The notes beneath the pieces were generated by a model that saw nothing but the letters and a program-made list of their open reading frames with translations, made no database searches and was not told the DNA's origin. A program made the position numbers and the translations under genes. From Spirochaetia bacterium (lineage in GTDB: Bacteria > Spirochaetota > Spirochaetia > SZUA-6 > Bin103), in NCBI GenBank assembly GCA_965198005.1, contig CBDAOI010000001.1:128001-192000 (forward strand): DNA of 64,000 nucleotides, written 5' to 3'. Positions 39,369 through 47,956 of the stretch are shown here, one piece after another. How positions within the stretch are numbered: position 1 is the first letter of the stretch; every line of letters starts with the position of its first letter.

Positions 39369-41233
39369 TCACCGCCCAGCGAACCACGGTCGACCGCGTT
39401 ACCGTGCGCTTCGCGGGCGACTCGGGCGACGGCCTGCAGGTGATCGGGTCGCAGCTCACCAACACCTCCGCGGTGCTGGGCAACGACCTCGCGACCCTGC
39501 CCGACTTTCCGGCCGAGATTCGCGCCCCGGCCGGAACCCTGCCGGGGGTGAGCGCCTTCCAGATCAGCTTCGCCAGCGAAGACATCCACACGCCCGGAGA
39601 CATGCCCGACGTGCTGGTGGCGCTCAACCCGGCGGCCTTGAAGGCCAACCTGGCCGAGATTCCCGAGGGCGGCACGCTGATCGTGAACGAGGACGCCTTC
39701 ACCGCCCAGGGGCTGAGCAAGGCCGGTTACGAGCAGAATCCGCTTACCGACGACTCCCTGAGCGCATTTCGGCTAATTCCGCTGCCGATCACCTCGCAGA
39801 ACCAGCGCGCGCTGGCGCACCTGAAGCTGAGCCCGCGCGAGGCGGGGCGGTGCAAGAACTTCTACGCGTTGGGCATCGTGTACTGGCTCTACGACCGCAC
39901 GCTCGACCCGACGTTGCGCTGGTTCAAGCAGAAATGGGGCTCGCGCCCCGCGGTCGTCGCCGCCAACAGCGCCGCGCTCACGGCAGGCTACGCCTTCGCG
40001 GACACCACCGAACTGTTCACCACCGCCTATTCGGTGCCGGCCGCCGACCTGCCCGCCGGCACCTATCGCAACATCACCGGCAACCACGCGACGGCGCTCG
40101 GCTGCATCACCGCCGGCCATCTCGCCGACCGCCCGCTGTTCTACGCCAGCTACCCGATCACCCCTGCCAGCTCGATCCTGCACGAGCTGGCGCGCCACCG
40201 GAACCTGGGAGTCGTCACCTTCCAGGCCGAGGACGAGATCGCCGCGATCGGCGCCGCCATCGGGGCGGCCTTCGGCGGATCGCTGGCGGTGACCGCCACC
40301 AGCGGCCCCGGGCTGGCCCTGAAGAGCGAGGCACTGGGGCTGGCGGTAGTGGTCGAGCTGCCGCTGGTGGTAATCGACGTGCAGCGCGCCGGCCCCTCCA
40401 CCGGCATGCCGACCAAGACCGAGCAGGCGGACCTGCTGCAGGCGATGTTCGGCCGCAACGGCGAGGCGCCGGTCGCCGTGGTCGCGCCCGCCACCCCCGG
40501 AGACTGCTTCGAGCTGATCATCGAGGCGTTCCGCATCGCAGTGCACTACATGACCCCGGTGCTGTTTCTTTCCGACGGCTACCTCGCCAACGGCTCGGAA
40601 CCGTGGCGCATCCCGGCAATGGACGATCTGCCCTCGATCACGGTGCAGTTCCGCACCGACCCCGACGGATTTCAGCCCTACGCCCGCGACCCGCGCACCC
40701 TGGCCCGGCCGTGGGCGATTCCCGGCACGCCGGGGCTGGAACATCGCGTGGGCGGCTTGGCCAAGGCCGACGTTACCGGTAACGTAAGCTACGATCCCGA
40801 GAACAACGAGCGCATGGTCCGCTTGCGGGCGCGCAAGATCGCCGCGATTGCCGACAGCATCCCGGACGTCGCGGTGCACGGCCCGCAATCGGGGCGGTTG
40901 CTGGTGCTCGGCTGGGGCAGCACCTACGGCGCCATCATCACCGCGTGCGAGAAGCTGCGCGCGCAGGGAGTGGCGGTAGCCAACGCCCATCTCCGGTACC
41001 TGAACCCGTTTCCGTCCAACCTGGGCGACGTGCTGAGGCGATTCGAGCAGGTGCTGATTCCCGAACTGAACCGGGGTCAGCTCCGGCTCCTGATCGCCGA
41101 CACGTTCGGGGTCAACGCGCACCGGCTGTCCAAGATCAAGGGCAAGCCGTTTCTGGTGCGCGAGATTCAGGATGCCGTCGTCGAGGAGTTGGCGGCGCCC
41201 GCAACCAACGGCAACCGTGGAGGTATGAAGTGA
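39365..41233 (+). CDS. korA: 2-oxoacid:ferredoxin oxidoreductase alpha (gamma-alpha fusion)
   Basis: FAGDSGDGLQ, PDFPAEIR, YPITPAS, QAEDE, TSGPG and QRAGPSTG motifs. Confidence 0.92.
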   Translation: MITAQRTTVDRVTVRFAGDSGDGLQVIGSQLTNTSAVLGNDLATLPDFPAEIRAPAGTLPGVSAFQISFASEDIHTPGDMPDVLVALNPAALKANLAEIPEGGTLIVNEDAFTAQGLSKAGYEQNPLTDDSLSAFRLIPLPITSQNQRALAHLKLSPREAGRCKNFYALGIVYWLYDRTLDPTLRWFKQKWGSRPAVVAANSAALTAGYAFADTTELFTTAYSVPAADLPAGTYRNITGNHATALGCITAGHLADRPLFYASYPITPASSILHELARHRNLGVVTFQAEDEIAAIGAAIGAAFGGSLAVTATSGPGLALKSEALGLAVVVELPLVVIDVQRAGPSTGMPTKTEQADLLQAMFGRNGEAPVAVVAPATPGDCFELIIEAFRIAVHYMTPVLFLSDGYLANGSEPWRIPAMDDLPSITVQFRTDPDGFQPYARDPRTLARPWAIPGTPGLEHRVGGLAKADVTGNVSYDPENNERMVRLRARKIAAIADSIPDVAVHGPQSGRLLVLGWGSTYGAIITACEKLRAQGVAVANAHLRYLNPFPSNLGDVLRRFEQVLIPELNRGQLRLLIADTFGVNAHRLSKIKGKPFLVREIQDAVVEELAAPATNGNRGGMK

Positions 41234-42240
41234 ACGCAACGGCAGCGCCTGCCCTTACCCGCAAGGACTTCGTTTCCGATCAGGAAGTGCGCTGGTGCCC
41301 GGGGTGCGGCGACTATGCGGTCCTGGCGCAGACCCAGCGCGTGCTGCCCGAACTCGGGGTACCGCGCGAGAACATCGTGTTCATCAGCGGGATCGGCTGC
41401 TCCAGCCGCTTCCCCTACTACCTCAACACCTACGGGTTCCACTCGATTCACGGCCGGGCGCCCACCTTCGCCTCGGGATTGAAGATCACCCGCCCCGAGC
41501 TGCTGGTGTTCGTGATTACCGGCGACGGCGACGGTCTCTCGATCGGCGGCAACCACCTGATTCACGCGCTGCGGCGCAACATGGACCTGAACATCATCCT
41601 GTTCAACAACCGCATCTACGGCCTCACCAAGGGGCAGTACTCCCCGACCAGCGCGGTGGGCAAGAAGACGGTCAGCTCGCCCAGCGGCTCGATCGAGCAT
41701 CCGATCAGCCCGGCGCGCATCGCGCTGGCGGCCGAGGCCAGCTTCGTCGCCCGCACCATCGCCACCGACACCAAGCACCTGGGGGCCGTCCTCAAGCGCG
41801 CCGCCCACCACCGCGGCGGCTGCTTCGTGGAGGTCTACCAGAACTGCAACGTGTTCAACGACGGCGTGTTCGACTACGTCGCCGAACGCACGGTACGCGC
41901 CGAACGCACGGTCAACCTGGAACATGGCAAGCCGCTGATCTTCGGCAAGAATCGGGACAAGGGCATCAAGCTGGACGGGCTCAACCCGGTGGTGTGCGAC
42001 GCCGACGATCCGGACGTGCTGATCCACGACGAGACGGTGCCGAAGAACGTCCTCCCCTACCTACTGGCGCACATGTCGCCGAGCACCGGCGTGCCGCTGC
42101 CGTTCGGGGTGCTGCGCGCGGTCGACAAGCCCACCTACGAGGAGGGCATGCGCGAGCAGATCCGAGACGCGCGCGAGCGGATGGGCGACGGCGACGTGAA
42201 CGCACTCCTACGCGCAGGAGATACCTGGAACGTTGCCTGA
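41230..42240 (+). CDS. korB: 2-oxoacid:ferredoxin oxidoreductase beta
   Basis: WCPGCG, SGIGCSSR, HGR, GDGD and YGLTKGQ motifs. Confidence 0.93.
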   Translation: MNATAAPALTRKDFVSDQEVRWCPGCGDYAVLAQTQRVLPELGVPRENIVFISGIGCSSRFPYYLNTYGFHSIHGRAPTFASGLKITRPELLVFVITGDGDGLSIGGNHLIHALRRNMDLNIILFNNRIYGLTKGQYSPTSAVGKKTVSSPSGSIEHPISPARIALAAEASFVARTIATDTKHLGAVLKRAAHHRGGCFVEVYQNCNVFNDGVFDYVAERTVRAERTVNLEHGKPLIFGKNRDKGIKLDGLNPVVCDADDPDVLIHDETVPKNVLPYLLAHMSPSTGVPLPFGVLRAVDKPTYEEGMREQIRDARERMGDGDVNALLRAGDTWNVA

Positions 42241-42787
42241 CTCGAACCCGACCGACATCAGACCGGCCGACACGTTGATCTGCATCGAGTGTGGCTTCGC
42301 CAACGAGACCGGCACCGCGGAGTGCGAGGCGTGCGACGCGGATCTGTTCCGCTCCGAGCAGGTGCGCTGGCAGACCCCGTTCGACCAGCACCTGCTCGGC
42401 GACCTGGTGGACGTGCTGCAGCCGCGTACGCCGCTGCTGGTGGAGGCGCGCGCCCCGGTCACGTTCGCCGTGGAAGAGATGCGCGCGCATCACACCGGCT
42501 GCGTGCTGGTGGTGGAGAACGGAACCGTACGCGGCATCTTCACCGAGCACGACCTGCTGAGCCGCGTGCTGGCGCCGGGGCTGGCGCCGCGCGACGTGCC
42601 GCTGGACCGGGTGATGACGCCGGACCCGGTGGTGCTGCGCCGGGATGACAGCCTGGCGGTGGCGATCAACAAGATGGTGGTCGGGTCGTTCCTGCACATC
42701 CCCCTGGTCGACCCCGCCGGCCGGATCGACGGCATCGTGTCGGCGCGCGACCTGCTCACGCGGCTGTACGACTTGATTCAGCTCTGA
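42233..42787 (+). CDS. Zinc-ribbon + CBS-pair protein
   Basis: CIECG...CEAC at the N-terminus, then GIFTEHD, VMTPDP and HIPLVD motifs. Confidence 0.85.
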   Translation: MPDSNPTDIRPADTLICIECGFANETGTAECEACDADLFRSEQVRWQTPFDQHLLGDLVDVLQPRTPLLVEARAPVTFAVEEMRAHHTGCVLVVENGTVRGIFTEHDLLSRVLAPGLAPRDVPLDRVMTPDPVVLRRDDSLAVAINKMVVGSFLHIPLVDPAGRIDGIVSARDLLTRLYDLIQL

Positions 42788-42840
42788 CCTGATTCAGCTC
42801 TGACGCCCGGGCCGGCGCTCCTGCCGCTCGACGGCGCCCG

Positions 42841-43806
42841 CTACCCGTCGCGCGCGAACTTCGCGCGGTAGGCCGCCAGCTCGATCATCGGCGGCCGCTC
42901 CAGTTCCCGAATCTCGTGGCTGACCTGCTCGTAGCGGCCCTCGTCCACCATGAACTGGCGCAGCGTGGTGTTGAGTTCCGGCAGCCGGCTGATGATGCCC
43001 AGCGACTCGACCCGGGTCAGGAAGGTCTGCAGGATGCGGAACCCCATCCGTCCCAGCGCCGCGGTGGGCTGGTTGGTATGGATGCGCCGGTCGAGATCGG
43101 TCTGCGCGAACGCGGTCATGCCCCAGCGGTGGTGGACGTCGATGATGTGGGAGGTCTCGACGCCGTACCCGATCGGAAACGGAATCTTCTCCAGCACTTC
43201 CCGGCGCACCGCGTATTCCCCCGACAACGGCTGGATCAGGGCGCTCAGCTCGGGAAAGAACAGCGAGAACAGCGGCCGGATCAGGATCTCGGTTACCCGC
43301 CCGCCGCCGGACGGCCGCAGCCGCGCCGACTGCGCCAGCGGCCGGTCGTAGAACGCCTTGACGTATGACACTTCCGGCATGCTCAGCAACGGCCCCACCA
43401 GTCCGTACACGAAGCGCGGGTGGATGTTGGTGATGTCGGCGTCGACGTAGACGATGATGTCGCCGGACAACTGGTACACCGCCTTCCACAGATTCTCGCC
43501 CTTGCCGCGATGGTGCCCGCACTCCGGCAGAATCTCGGCGGCCGGATACACGTCGGCGCCGAACGCGCGCGCCACCGTGCGGGTATCGTCCTCGGAACCG
43601 GAGTCGATCACCGCAATCTCGTCGACCAGTCGGTGGCGGTCCATCAACTCCGACTTCAGCACCACGATCTCCTTGCCGATGGTGCGCTCCTCGTTGAGGG
43701 TCGGGATGCACAGCGAGATGGAGAGGCCGAGGTCGCGCTTGCGCCGCTCCAACTCGGCCAGCTCGAACTGGCTGTGGTGGAAGGTGTTGGTTTCCAGCCA
43801 GCTCAC
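42841..43806 (-). CDS. gpgS: Glucosyl-3-phosphoglycerate synthase (GT81-like)
   Basis: IPTLNEE.TI, DSGS.D, GKGENLWK, DAD, GGRVTE, QPLSGEY and YGVE motifs. Confidence 0.88.
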   Translation of the reverse strand: MSWLETNTFHHSQFELAELERRKRDLGLSISLCIPTLNEERTIGKEIVVLKSELMDRHRLVDEIAVIDSGSEDDTRTVARAFGADVYPAAEILPECGHHRGKGENLWKAVYQLSGDIIVYVDADITNIHPRFVYGLVGPLLSMPEVSYVKAFYDRPLAQSARLRPSGGGRVTEILIRPLFSLFFPELSALIQPLSGEYAVRREVLEKIPFPIGYGVETSHIIDVHHRWGMTAFAQTDLDRRIHTNQPTAALGRMGFRILQTFLTRVESLGIISRLPELNTTLRQFMVDEGRYEQVSHEIRELERPPMIELAAYRAKFARDG

Positions 43807-44984
43807 TCGCAGCAGCCTCCGTCCATGGCCAGCAGGATGCCCAGGAGCTGCGCCAAGCCGGTGTAGATCGGCTCGATCCGAATCGACTCGGTCGCCTGCC
43901 CCAGCGCCTCGCCCGAAGTCAGCCCCACGGTCACCGCCGGAATCCGATGGTCGATGAAGGCGGACAGCTCCGAGGTGCTGGGCGACAGCCGCGGAGTGAG
44001 CGCCAGGCTCTGCATCAGCCGCCGGGTGCGGCGCACCAGCGGGTGGGTGAAGCCGAGCCCGCCCGGACGGCGGCGGGCGAACACGTTCAGGCTGATGTCG
44101 GCCGCGGTCTGGGAGGAGACCTCGTCAATGATGTCGGAGATGTCCTGCAGGAGCTGGCGCACCATCGCCCCCGACTCGCTGCGCGCCTCGAACTGCAGCG
44201 TGGCGCTGGTCGCCACCCGGCTGGCCGACGTGCCGCCCTCGATCCGCCCCAGCACGATGGTGGTGCGCGGCCGTTCGGGAGTGGGGATCTCCAGCATGCG
44301 GCTGATGATGTCGTTGAGGGTGGAGATTGCGCCGCGGGCGCCGAACCGGGTCCAGTCGTATTCCTCCGGCACGGTGCAGATGATCTCGCCGCGAATCATG
44401 CCGATCGAGCTGTAGCTGAGGCGGCCGAGCTGCACCCCCTCCACGCACAGCCCGAACTGCAGCGGCAGGTCGGCGTGGTCGAGAAAGAAGCGCACCCCCG
44501 CCAGGTTGCCGCGCCCGAGCCCGCGGCTGCAGGCCAGGCCCAGCAGATTGGAGCGCAGCGACAGTCCCAGGCGCTCCAGCACCGTCGGCAGCGCGGTCAC
44601 CGCGGCCAGCCCCAGCGCGTTCTCCGCGACCGACGCACCGGTCACGCGATCCGGCTGCACCACGACGGTGTGGTTCACGCTGGCGGCCACCGGCGTGTCG
44701 ACGTGCGCTACCACCAGGATGTTGCGCTGGCCGTCCGGCTCGCCACCGGGCAGCACGCCGGCGACGTTGCCCATTTCGTCCAGCGAGCAGTCGAGGTAGC
44801 CCAGCTCCGCGAACCGTTCCTGCACGAACGCGGCCCGCGCCTCCTCGCCGAAGGTGGGCGCCGGAATCTCGGCGATCATCGCCAGGTTGGCCAGCACCAG
44901 GTCGTGCACGCGATGGAGCTGCTCCGGCAGCGCCTCGGTGCGCCGCAGCACGGTATCGAACCCTGTCACGCTGACCTTGCTCAC
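43803..44984 (-). CDS. M20/M25/M40-fold protein with a degenerate metal site
   Basis: IPAPTFGE..RA, DEMGNV and AHVDT motifs plus a dimerisation domain (G.IEGG); lacks the canonical DN, EE and C-terminal His. Confidence 0.78.
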   Translation of the reverse strand: MSKVSVTGFDTVLRRTEALPEQLHRVHDLVLANLAMIAEIPAPTFGEEARAAFVQERFAELGYLDCSLDEMGNVAGVLPGGEPDGQRNILVVAHVDTPVAASVNHTVVVQPDRVTGASVAENALGLAAVTALPTVLERLGLSLRSNLLGLACSRGLGRGNLAGVRFFLDHADLPLQFGLCVEGVQLGRLSYSSIGMIRGEIICTVPEEYDWTRFGARGAISTLNDIISRMLEIPTPERPRTTIVLGRIEGGTSASRVATSATLQFEARSESGAMVRQLLQDISDIIDEVSSQTAADISLNVFARRRPGGLGFTHPLVRRTRRLMQSLALTPRLSPSTSELSAFIDHRIPAVTVGLTSGEALGQATESIRIEPIYTGLAQLLGILLAMDGGCCE

Positions 44985-45158
44985 GCCGCGCCCAGTGTAG
45001 CCCAGCTTCACCCGTGCCGGCTACGCCCGACTGGCTGCCCTGGCTTGGCTGTGGCTGCGTGGCTGCGGGAGGGGGTGACACCGCTTCCGCTGGTGTCGAT
45101 AATGGTGCGTCATGGCCATGATTCGCCGGTGGATTGCCGCAGGTTTGGGTTAGTCGAC

Positions 45159-46307
45159 ATGAAGGCGCCGGGACAGCGTGTATTCACTCCCGGCACGGGC
45201 GCCGACCCGCCGGCGCTCACCGGGCGCGAGCGGGAGCAGGCGGTATTGACCCAGTGCTTGGCGGACCTGCTCGGCGGGACCTCCCCGCCGCACGACGTCG
45301 CTCTGACCGGGCCGCGCGGCAACGGCAAGACCGTGCTGCTCAACTGGTTCAAGCGCGCCTGCCGCGAGCGCGAGCCGGAAGTGGACGTGGCGGCCCTGAC
45401 TCCGAGCGATATCCCCACCCGTGACGCATTGGTCGATGTCCTGTCGCCGCCGCCCGGGCTAGCGAAGCTGCTGCCCCGGAAAGTGGGCGTCGCGGCGGTC
45501 GGCTCGGTCGAATGGGCGCCCCGATCCGGGGGCATGCGGAACCTGCAGACGGTATTGGCCGCGCGGTGCCGCAAGCGACCGCTTGCGGTCCTGCTCGACG
45601 AGGCGCATACGCTGGACCTGGAGGTGGGCAGAACGCTGCTCAACGCCAGTCAACAAGTGCGCGATGAGGCGCCGTTTCTGCTGGTGCTGGCGGGCACGCC
45701 GGGCTTGGCGGCGCATCTCGGCGCCATGAATGCATCCTTCTGGAGCCGCTTGGGCGTGGGCCGACTGGGCATCGGCCTGCTGAGCGACGCGGCCACCCGA
45801 GCCGCCCTGGTCGAGCCGCTGGCCGCCCACGGCGTGCGCATCGACGCCGAGGCCCTCGATGCGGCCGTCGAAGACAGCCAGCGCCATCCGTACTTCGTCC
45901 AACTCTGGGGCGAGGCCCTGTGGAAGCGGCACCTCGCCACCGGCGCCACGCGGCTGACCGCCGACCACGCGCTTGCGGCGCGACCTGACGTGGCCGCCCG
46001 AGTCACCGACTACTACGAGGATCGGTATCTCGAGTTGGATCAATCGGGCTGGCTGGCAGTGGCCGAGCGGGTGGCCGCCCGGTTTCAATCCGTGCCGACG
46101 CTGACCTATGAGGAGTTGAAGTCCGCGGTCGCCGCCGGCCTCGCGCCCAACGCGGACCCGGGGCAGGCGCGGGCGGCGCTGGCCGTCCTGCAGCGCCTGG
46201 GCTTCGTCTGGCGACCGCCGGGCCAGCTGCCGCCGGTTCGCTACGAGCCCGGTATTCCCTCGCTGATGGCCCACGTGCTCGCCCACGGCGCGCCGTCGGG
46301 TTCGTAG
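45159..46307 (+). CDS. AAA-family P-loop ATPase (AAA_16/STAND-like)
   Basis: F.PGTG..PP.L.GRE, GPRGNGKT, LLDEAH and HPYFVQ motifs. Confidence 0.85.
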   Translation: MKAPGQRVFTPGTGADPPALTGREREQAVLTQCLADLLGGTSPPHDVALTGPRGNGKTVLLNWFKRACREREPEVDVAALTPSDIPTRDALVDVLSPPPGLAKLLPRKVGVAAVGSVEWAPRSGGMRNLQTVLAARCRKRPLAVLLDEAHTLDLEVGRTLLNASQQVRDEAPFLLVLAGTPGLAAHLGAMNASFWSRLGVGRLGIGLLSDAATRAALVEPLAAHGVRIDAEALDAAVEDSQRHPYFVQLWGEALWKRHLATGATRLTADHALAARPDVAARVTDYYEDRYLELDQSGWLAVAERVAARFQSVPTLTYEELKSAVAAGLAPNADPGQARAALAVLQRLGFVWRPPGQLPPVRYEPGIPSLMAHVLAHGAPSGS

Positions 46308-46328
46308 GGGCTTGAACGAGGTCAAGAA

Positions 46329-46415
46329 ATGAGTGCCTACGTAATCCGCCGGCTGCTGATGGTAGAGCATCGCTCAGCGTTCGCACCCGACCCCAACCAG
46401 GAGGCAGCGATATGA
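46329..46415 (+). pseudogene. 5' stub of an ABC permease gene, forming a 28-aa ORF whose stop overlaps the ybjQ-like start
   Basis: [11 protein letters not shown] matches the permease starts VRAYIIRRLLL (56654) and MTAYLIRRLLL (61342). Confidence 0.65.
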
Positions 46416-46735
46416 TTCTGACGACTACGCCGACCATCGAAGGCAAGACCATTCGCGCCTACTGCGGCATCGTCACCGGAGAGGCGATCATCGGCGCCAA
46501 CATCTTCAAGGATTTCTTCGCCGGCATCCGCGACATCGTCGGCGGCCGCTCCGCGGCCTACGAGGCGGAGTTGCGCAATGCCCGCGAGCTGGCCCTGGAG
46601 GAAGTGACCGAGGCGGCCCGGCAGCAGGGCGGCAACGCGGTGGTGGGCATCGACCTCGATTACGAAGTCGTGGGCCAGGGCGGCAGCATGCTGATGGTGT
46701 GCGCCAGCGGTACCGCCGTCACCGTCGAGTCGTAG
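46412..46735 (+). CDS. YbjQ/UPF0145 heavy-metal-binding family protein
   Basis: [34 protein letters not shown] and SGTAV motifs. Confidence 0.92.
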   Translation: MILTTTPTIEGKTIRAYCGIVTGEAIIGANIFKDFFAGIRDIVGGRSAAYEAELRNARELALEEVTEAARQQGGNAVVGIDLDYEVVGQGGSMLMVCASGTAVTVES

Positions 46736-46755
46736 CCAGGTTTGCCTGACGCAGG

Positions 46756-46938
46756 CGGGCGAAGATGCTTCGCCAGATACTGCTGGCGCGGGGCATCGAG
46801 GTGTCAGCGAGGTTCCCCGCCGACGCGGCGGCGTTTGCCGCGGTGTCCGAGGACGCGCTGCTGGCGGCGGCCCTTGGCTGCACGGACGAGGAGGAGTTCC
46901 TTGCCGCGCTCCGTGAATCGCGCGCCGCAGGCGGCTGA
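46756..46938 (+). pseudogene. 3' stub of a Uma2-family paralogue
   Basis: RAKMLRQILLARGIEVSARFPADAAAFAAVSEDALLAAALGC...GG* aligns without gaps to 59964-60146. Confidence 0.8.
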
Positions 46939-46968
46939 CTTCACCAGCACAGCCGCAGCGACCGCGGC

Positions 46969-47793
46969 TCATCGGCCGGCCGCGCCGCTCCGGCGCTGGC
47001 GCAGCGCCTCGAACAAGAGGGCGGTCCCCGCCATGGCGACGTTGATCGAATCGGCGCGGCCCAGCATCGGGATCGACACCGCGCCGTGTGCGCCGCTCAG
47101 CCACGCGGCGTCGAGGCCGAACTGCTCGTTGCCGAGGACCACGGCCAGCGCGCCGGTAAGGTCGTGGTCGGTATAGCACCGCTCGGCGGCGGGTGTGGTG
47201 ACCACCGTACGCACGCCGCGGGCGGTGAGCCAGCGGCGCGTGGCCGCGGCGTCCGCTTGGGCCGCCGGGACCGTGAACAGCGTGCCGACGCTGGCGCGCA
47301 CCACGTTCGGATTGAACAGATCGGTCACCGGGTCGCAGGCGATCAGCGCGGCGGCGCCCACCGCGTCGGCGGTGCGCAGCAGCGTGCCCAGGTTGCCCGG
47401 TTTCTCGATGGCGGTGGCCACCACGTACAACGGATCGGGCGGCGGCGCGGGCAGGCGGTCGAGCGTCCAGGCCGGCTGCGGCGCCACCGCGAGCAGGCCG
47501 TCGGGGCGGTCGCGGTAGGACAGCCTGGCAAATACCGCGGGTGCCGTTTCGAGCAGCCTGGCGCCGCAGGCGTGGCAGGCGCGGTCCAGCAACGCCGGCT
47601 CATTGCTGCCCAGGTAGAACGGCGGACAGTGGTACACCGACTCCAGCGGCAACCCCGCCTCCACCGCCCGCAACAACTCGCGGTAGCCTTCGATCAGGAA
47701 CAGCCGCTCGCGGTCGCGCGCCCGCCGGCGGCGCAGCCGCATCACCCGTTTCACCCCGGCGTTCCGTGTGCTCACCACCGGCGGCTGCTCCAT
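46969..47793 (-). CDS. TrmH/SpoU-family RNA methyltransferase
   Basis: EKPGNLGTLLRTA, LGNEQFGL and IPM...DSINVA motifs. Confidence 0.92.
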   Translation of the reverse strand: MEQPPVVSTRNAGVKRVMRLRRRRARDRERLFLIEGYRELLRAVEAGLPLESVYHCPPFYLGSNEPALLDRACHACGARLLETAPAVFARLSYRDRPDGLLAVAPQPAWTLDRLPAPPPDPLYVVATAIEKPGNLGTLLRTADAVGAAALIACDPVTDLFNPNVVRASVGTLFTVPAAQADAAATRRWLTARGVRTVVTTPAAERCYTDHDLTGALAVVLGNEQFGLDAAWLSGAHGAVSIPMLGRADSINVAMAGTALLFEALRQRRSGAAGR

Positions 47794-47956
47794 CGCCGGC
47801 CAGTATGGCGCCCGCCCACCGGCGCTGTCCATCGCTCATCCGGAGTATCCGAAGTATGCTACGGTACCACGCACGCACGGCACGCGGACGACGGCGGCCC
47901 GACACGCCGGCCTGCCGAACATGAGAGGGACATGACGAAGTCACACGAGGTTGCGC

